Part shown: positions 58,743 to 64,000 of the stretch, piece after piece
How the letters are laid out: every line of letters starts with the position of its first letter
Numbering within the stretch: the stretch's first letter is position 1
NCBI GenBank assembly: GCA_934254835.1
Contig: CAKQMI010000001.1
Location: forward strand, 14,588-78,587
DNA length: 64,000 nt
Source: an uncultured Clostridia bacterium
GTDB lineage: Bacteria; Bacillota; Clostridia; Christensenellales; CAG-917
Direction of reading: 5' to 3'
Made by a program: the position numbers and the translations under genes
The notes under the pieces: model-generated
Told to the model about the DNA's origin: nothing
Database searches by the model: none
The model's input: the letters and a program-made list of their open reading frames with translations, nothing else

Positions 58743-60527
58743 ATGAAAAATCTTACCAGTAACGAACTTCGCAAAATCTATCTCGATTATTACAAATCCA
58801 AAGGACACGCGGTCATTTCCAGCGCGTCGCTTATCCCCGAAAACGATCCCACGGTTTTGTTCACGACGGCGGGTATGCACCCCCTCGTGCCTTATCTTTT
58901 GGGCGAAAAGCACCCCGCGGGCAATCGTCTTACCGACGTACAGGTTTGCGTCCGCACGGGCGATATCGAGGAAGTCGGCGATCCGACGCACTGCACCTTT
59001 TTTGAAATGCTTGGCAGATGGTCGCTTGGGGACTACTTCAAGGAATACGCGATTTCCTGCTCCTACGACTTTTTGCTGAACCATTTGGAATTTGACAAAA
59101 GCAAGTTCGCCGTGACGGTTTTTCAGGGCGACGACGACTGCCCCCGCGACGACGAAAGCGCGGAATACTGGAGAAAAATGGGCATCGCAGACGACCATAT
59201 TTTCTTCCTGCCGAAAGCCAACAACTGGTGGGGACCTGCAGGCGTAACCGGTCCGTGCGGTCCCGATACCGAGATGTTTATCGACACGGGCAAGCCAAAA
59301 TGCTCAGAAGAATGCTCCCCCGCGTGCGACTGCGGAAAATATGTGGAAATCGGCAACGACGTCTTTATGCAATACTTCAAAAACGCCGACGGCACTTTCT
59401 CCCCCTTGAAACAGAAAAACGTGGACGAGGGCATGGGGCTCGAGCGTATGCTTTGCATTTTGAACGGCTATAAATCGGTGTACGAAACCGACCTGTTCAA
59501 ACCCGCCATCGCGCTCATCGAAAAACTGTCGGGACACACCTATGACGAAAGCGAAGCTGTGACGCGCGCCATGCGCATTATCGCCGATCATATCCGCACC
59601 TCGACGTTCCTCATCGGCGACGTGAAAGGCATTGTCCCCAGTAACGTTGACCAAGGATATATTCTGCGCCGTCTTATCCGTCGCGCCGTGCGTTTCGGAC
59701 GCACCATCGACCTTCCCGAACGCTCCCTTTCCAAGATTGCCGAACAGTACGTTTCGCAATATCAGGACGTTTATCAGTATCTTTTGACCAATAAAGACAG
59801 GATTGTGGCGGAACTTGACAAGGAAGAAATCAGATTTTCCAACACCTTGCAACAAGGACTTAAGGAATTTGAAAAGGTCATCACTCACATTCCCACAAAG
59901 ACAATTAGCGGAAAAACCGCGTTCCGCCTATATGACACTTTCGGCTTCCCCATCGAGATGACCGAGGAACTTGCGCGCGAAAACGGCTTTGAAGTGGACG
60001 TCAAAGGATACGAAGAAGCGTTCAAGGAGCACCAGAAAAAATCGCAGGCGGGTGCCGAGCAAAAATTCCACGGCGGACTTATCGACAACTCCGAAGAAAC
60101 GACAAAACTCCACACCGCAACGCACCTTTTGCATTCCGCGCTTATGAAGGTTTTGGGCGGAGAGGCTCGTCAACGAGGAAGCAATATCACCGCCGAAAGA
60201 TTGAGGTTCGACTTCGGTTTTGACCGCGCAATGACGGCGGACGAAATAAAGGCGGTTGAAGACCTTGTCAACGAACAAATCAAAAAGAATATCCCCGTCG
60301 TGTGCGAGGAAATGACCGTTGACGAGGCAAAGGCGCAGGGCGCAATCGGCATTTTCGACAACAAGTACGGCGAAAAGGTCAAAGTTTATACCATCGGCGA
60401 TTTCAGCAAAGAAATTTGCGGTGGACCGCACGCAAACAACACGGGCGACTTAAAATCTTTCAAAATCACGAAAGAGCAGTCAAGCTCCGCGGGCGTCAGA
60501 CGAATAAAAGCCGTCATCGGTCAATAA
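58743..60527 (+). CDS. alaS: Alanine--tRNA ligase, short form (catalytic, tRNA-recognition and editing domains; no C-Ala domain)
   Basis: 594 aa with FTTAGM, FFEMLGRWSLGDYFK, GPCGPDTE, editing-site HTATHLLH and CGGPH. The protein ends right after GVRRIKAVIGQ. Confidence 0.85.
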   Translation: MKNLTSNELRKIYLDYYKSKGHAVISSASLIPENDPTVLFTTAGMHPLVPYLLGEKHPAGNRLTDVQVCVRTGDIEEVGDPTHCTFFEMLGRWSLGDYFKEYAISCSYDFLLNHLEFDKSKFAVTVFQGDDDCPRDDESAEYWRKMGIADDHIFFLPKANNWWGPAGVTGPCGPDTEMFIDTGKPKCSEECSPACDCGKYVEIGNDVFMQYFKNADGTFSPLKQKNVDEGMGLERMLCILNGYKSVYETDLFKPAIALIEKLSGHTYDESEAVTRAMRIIADHIRTSTFLIGDVKGIVPSNVDQGYILRRLIRRAVRFGRTIDLPERSLSKIAEQYVSQYQDVYQYLLTNKDRIVAELDKEEIRFSNTLQQGLKEFEKVITHIPTKTISGKTAFRLYDTFGFPIEMTEELARENGFEVDVKGYEEAFKEHQKKSQAGAEQKFHGGLIDNSEETTKLHTATHLLHSALMKVLGGEARQRGSNITAERLRFDFGFDRAMTADEIKAVEDLVNEQIKKNIPVVCEEMTVDEAKAQGAIGIFDNKYGEKVKVYTIGDFSKEICGGPHANNTGDLKSFKITKEQSSSAGVRRIKAVIGQ

Positions 60528-60543
60528 AAAGCACAAAAAAACA

Positions 60544-60571
60544 GGGACGATTTCTCGTCCCTTTTCTTTTT
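60544..60571 (+). terminator. Intrinsic terminator after alaS
   Basis: Stem GGGACGA / TCGTCCC with loop TTTC, followed by a T-rich run. Confidence 0.75.
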
Positions 60572-60575
60572 CAAA

Positions 60576-61352
60576 TCAGCGGTTACTTATTAAAAATTTG
60601 TCGATATAGTTGCCGACGCTTAACGCGTGTTCCAGATATTTATCGGGCGAGGCGTCGTAAACATAGGCGGCGTCCTTCGTTTCAAGCGTGGTCGTGCCGC
60701 GGTAGCTTGTTTTTGCAAGGCGCGGTAAGACGTACTGCCAGTCGATACTGCCGTCAAAGGGGATAAAGTGAGAGTCCTTATCGGCGAAATTGTCGTGCAG
60801 GTGCAGGGCGAAAACCCTGTCGCCGAAAAGCCCCAGCCAGTCTTGGACGCGCCAGTAGTGGTCGTGTCCGACGTCATAGCAAAGCCCGACGTACGGCGAG
60901 GGGAAATTTTCCAAAACGTAGGTGACGTGGTCTTTCGTGATGACGTTTTCAAAGGCAAGTTTTACGTCGGCGGACTCGGCAAATTTTATGAGGTCCTCGA
61001 TACGTTTTGTGCCGATCGTCGATACAAACGGCGGAAAATCGCCGTGCGTCAGGTGGCAAACCACCGTTTTTACCCCGTGTTTGGCGGCGGAGGAAATTTC
61101 GTCCTTGAAGCGGGAAATGCGGTCATCGCCTTCCTTGCATTCAATCCACATTTCGTTCAGGTGGTCGCAACTCAGATGAAAGTTTTCGATAAAAAGCCCT
61201 GCGCGTTCCGCAAGGGTGGCGCGCTCGTCCGCGTTTTCCTTGGCGTCGGGACCGAGCCAAATCATGACCGAGCCAAATCCTTTTTCCTTGAATTTGTCAA
61301 ACCGCTCTGCCATATTAAGGTTCATAAGATTGTTGGAAGTTATACCTACCAT
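60576..61352 (-). CDS. Sugar phosphate isomerase/epimerase (xylose isomerase-like TIM barrel)
   Basis: 258 aa with LAFEN, DVGH and LHLHDN metal-ligand-like motifs. Confidence 0.7.
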   Translation of the reverse strand: MVGITSNNLMNLNMAERFDKFKEKGFGSVMIWLGPDAKENADERATLAERAGLFIENFHLSCDHLNEMWIECKEGDDRISRFKDEISSAAKHGVKTVVCHLTHGDFPPFVSTIGTKRIEDLIKFAESADVKLAFENVITKDHVTYVLENFPSPYVGLCYDVGHDHYWRVQDWLGLFGDRVFALHLHDNFADKDSHFIPFDGSIDWQYVLPRLAKTSYRGTTTLETKDAAYVYDASPDKYLEHALSVGNYIDKFLISNR

Positions 61353-61502
61353 AAAATAATCATTACCTCGTTTGGAAAATTATATCACCGATTTTGAAAG
61401 TTGTAAAGAGTTTGGCGTTTTTGAGAAGTCGACGGCGAAAACTCGCGGGGAAAACGGCGATATTAAATGACAAATCCTTATATATTTTGTATAATCGTTT
61501 TT

Positions 61503-63389
61503 ATGAGAATCGAGATTATAAACGGCGCGGTCGAGTACGACGGGACAACCGTCCTTTCCGAAATAAATTTTTCGGTGTCGGACAAGGAAAAAATCGCGCT
61601 TGTCGGGCGCAACGGCTCGGGCAAAACCAGCATTTTGAAAGGAATTTGCGGAGAGGTGCAACTCGTCGCGGGCGAGGGGGACGAAAAGTTTTCGTTCACT
61701 ATGTCGGGCGCGCCGAAAATCGGATATCTTCAGCAAGTTTCTTTGCATGACGACCTGACGTTGAAAGACGAGGTGCTTTTGGCGTACAAGGACGTCGTGG
61801 AACTTGAAAACAAAATCAAAATCCTTGTCGAAAAGATGAGCGACAACCCGTCCGCCGAAAACGTCGGCGCGTATTCCCGCGCAATGGAACGCTTTGAAAA
61901 CCTCGGCGGATACCTTTATAAAAAGGAATATTTGACGGCGGTGAGCAAGTTCGGATTTACAACCGCCGACCTCGACAAAAAACTGTCCGAGTTTTCGGGT
62001 GGACAGCGCACAAAAATCGCGCTTATCAAACTCCTTTTGGAAAAACCCGACGTGCTTTTGTTGGACGAACCTACCAACCACCTTGACATTTCGGCGGTGG
62101 AGTGGCTTGAAGGATACCTCAAAAATTATAAAAAATCCGTTGTCATCGTGTCGCACGACCGTATGTTTTTGGATCGCATCGTCGGCGTCGTTTACGAAAT
62201 CGAGTACGGCGTCGCCACAAGATACAAGGGCAACTACACGGCGTTTTTGGCGCAAAAACAGCAGGCGTACGACAAGGCGTTGAAGGACGCAAAATGGAAA
62301 TCCGCCGAAATCGAAAGGCTCAAAAAACTTGTGGAAAGGTTCCGCTATAAGGCGACGAAAGCCTCGATGGCGCAGTCCAAACTCAAAGAAATCGAAAGGC
62401 TTGGCACGGCAGACGCTCCTCGCAGGTTCGATACGGCGACGTTTTTCTCGTCGTTTCAACCCGAGTACGAAAGCGTTCGCGACGCCCTTATCGTCAACAA
62501 TCTGGAATTCGGCTACGACAAACCTTTGGGGCGCATTTCGCTGAACGTCGAAAGAGGTCAAAAAATCGGCGTTATCGGCGGGAACGGCACGGGGAAATCC
62601 ACCCTTTTGAAAACGATAACGGGACGCGTCCCGGCACTTTCGGGCGACGTGCGATTCGGCGTTAAAACCCGCGTCGGATACTTCGACCAGTCAATCGCTT
62701 CGTCCGACAGCGAAAGTAGCGTCATCGACGACTTCCGCGCGGAATTTCCGGAACTTAACGACGGCGAAATAAGAAAATGTCTGGGCGGATTTTTGCTGTC
62801 GGGCGACGACGTCTTCAAACGCGTCAAAGATTTGTCGGGCGGGGAAAAGGTGCGTCTTGCGCTTGCGAAAATCTTCAAACACCGTCCCAACTTCCTGATT
62901 TTGGACGAGCCCACCAACCACATGGATATCATCGGAAAGGAAACGCTTGAAAAACTTCTTATCGATTTTTCGGGCACCGTCATCGTCGTGTCGCACGACA
63001 GATACCTTATAAACCGCGTCGCAAAAAGTCTTGTCGTGTTTGACAAAAACGGCGCAAAATACTTCGACGGCACTTTTGAAGAGTACGAGGAAAGTCTTGT
63101 CGCGATTGACGAAAAAGAAGAAACCGAAAAAGCGGAAAAACCAAAAAAGTCGGGCGGGGCAAGATACATCGAAAGCAAAGAGGAAGCACGTCGCAAGCAT
63201 CGCATTGCGTTTTTGGAAGAAAAAATCACCGCGCTTGAAAAGGAACTGGGCGTTGTGAAAAAGTCGCTTGAAGATGCGGCGGTCAACACCGATTACAAAA
63301 AAGTGATGGCGGTCGAGGAAGAAATTAAGACAATCGAGGACAAGTTGGAGCCTCTGCTTTCGGAGTGGGCGACGCTTTCTGAACAATAA
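61503..63389 (+). CDS. ABC-F family ATPase (two ABC domains plus C-terminal coiled coil)
   Basis: ATG at 61503 (MRIEIINGAV). It has two Walker A motifs (GRNGSGKTS, GGNGTGKST), two signatures (LSGGQ, LSGGE) and no TM domain. Confidence 0.88.
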   Translation: MRIEIINGAVEYDGTTVLSEINFSVSDKEKIALVGRNGSGKTSILKGICGEVQLVAGEGDEKFSFTMSGAPKIGYLQQVSLHDDLTLKDEVLLAYKDVVELENKIKILVEKMSDNPSAENVGAYSRAMERFENLGGYLYKKEYLTAVSKFGFTTADLDKKLSEFSGGQRTKIALIKLLLEKPDVLLLDEPTNHLDISAVEWLEGYLKNYKKSVVIVSHDRMFLDRIVGVVYEIEYGVATRYKGNYTAFLAQKQQAYDKALKDAKWKSAEIERLKKLVERFRYKATKASMAQSKLKEIERLGTADAPRRFDTATFFSSFQPEYESVRDALIVNNLEFGYDKPLGRISLNVERGQKIGVIGGNGTGKSTLLKTITGRVPALSGDVRFGVKTRVGYFDQSIASSDSESSVIDDFRAEFPELNDGEIRKCLGGFLLSGDDVFKRVKDLSGGEKVRLALAKIFKHRPNFLILDEPTNHMDIIGKETLEKLLIDFSGTVIVVSHDRYLINRVAKSLVVFDKNGAKYFDGTFEEYEESLVAIDEKEETEKAEKPKKSGGARYIESKEEARRKHRIAFLEEKITALEKELGVVKKSLEDAAVNTDYKKVMAVEEEIKTIEDKLEPLLSEWATLSEQ

Positions 63390-63395
63390 AAAAGA

Positions 63396-63427
63396 CAAGA
63401 CGGCAAAAATGCCGTCTTGCTTGTTTT
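63396..63427 (+). terminator. Intrinsic terminator after the ABC-F gene
   Basis: Stem CAAGACGGC / GCCGTCTTG followed by CTTGTTTT. Confidence 0.7.
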
Positions 63428-63510
63428 AAGGTTTTAACAACATAAAATAAAACAATAAAGTGTTTATTGTTGAAAAACACGAAAAAGTGCAATAATCCGC
63501 CGTCGGCGGA

Positions 63511-64000
63511 TTATTTTATAGAAACGACTTCGTATCCTTCGTCGGTGACGGCGGATTTCAATGCGTTGTCCGACACGTCCTTCGACAAGGTCACAACGGC
63601 GGTTTTGTCGTCAAGGGAAACAACGACGTCCGTCACGCCGTCGATTTTTGAGAGGGCGGATTTTACGTGCGCAACGCAGTGCGCGCACATCATACCGTTT
63701 ATCGATAATGTTTTTTGCATAATAGTATCTCCTTTTTTATTTTCGATTTTTTGTTTGTCGGGAAAAAGGGTGACGTCAAGCGAGTTCACTTTTTTCCTGC
63801 GTTTTAAGGGTTTGTCGAGGTTAATAAGGTTGAGCCTTAATGCGTTCAAAACCACGCATACGCTGGAAAGACTCATTGCGCCCGCGCCCCACATCGGCGT
63901 TAGCGTCACGCCGAGCGACGAGAAAATGCCTGCCGCCACGGGTATGCACACCATATTGTAAATGAACGCCCAAAACAGGTTTTCGCGGATATTCAAAAGG
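63511..64000 (-). CDS. copA: Heavy-metal (copper-type) P-type ATPase, 3' end, read in frame into a C-terminal HMA domain
   Basis: Partial gene continuing beyond the window end. The last TM segments read [16 protein letters not shown], then a linker, then [19 protein letters not shown] (MxCxxC HMA) without an intervening stop. AAGGAGA lies 8 nt before the internal ATG. Confidence 0.75.
   Translation of the reverse strand, partial: LLNIRENLFWAFIYNMVCIPVAAGIFSSLGVTLTPMWGAGAMSLSSVCVVLNALRLNLINLDKPLKRRKKVNSLDVTLFPDKQKIENKKGDTIMQKTLSINGMMCAHCVAHVKSALSKIDGVTDVVVSLDDKTAVVTLSKDVSDNALKSAVTDEGYEVVSIK

Overview
This window looks like the origin-proximal region of a Bacillota (Clostridia-like, spore-former lineage) chromosome. 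All calls come from reading the sequence and ORF translations and from remembered family motifs; no searches were run. Core genes include ftsH, yyaC, mnmG-mnmE, jag-yidC-yidD-rnpA-rpmH, luxS-mtnN, rsmG-parB, recF-dnaA-dnaN (unusual order, minus strand), remB-like-gyrB-gyrA, T-box-cysE-cysS, glnN, proS, ung, ktrBA, rpsF-ssb-rpsR, mrnC-rlmB-sigH, yabP-yabQ, a short alaS, an ABC-F ATPase and a copA 3' end. Three things stand out. (1) A ~4.4 kb almost ORF-free stretch (9.2-13.6 kb) contains an abrupt strand-composition switch, DnaA boxes, five parS-like sites and perfectly conserved 24-nt and 21-nt motifs in inverted copies. It is a candidate oriC that sits 7 kb from dnaA. (2) A modular family of intergenic palindromic repeats occupies six clusters. 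It includes four 124-125 bp three-tier hairpin units that sit on or next to the stop codon of the upstream gene, and whose two arms co-vary between copies. (3) An ~11 kb accessory segment between gyrA and cysE consists of three gene blocks separated by these repeat clusters: XRE-XRE-SLOG, an M28-like peptidase, and two paralogous lipoproteins with a 1025-aa repeat protein and a GNAT. No rRNA, tRNA, CRISPR array, transposase or integrase was seen.
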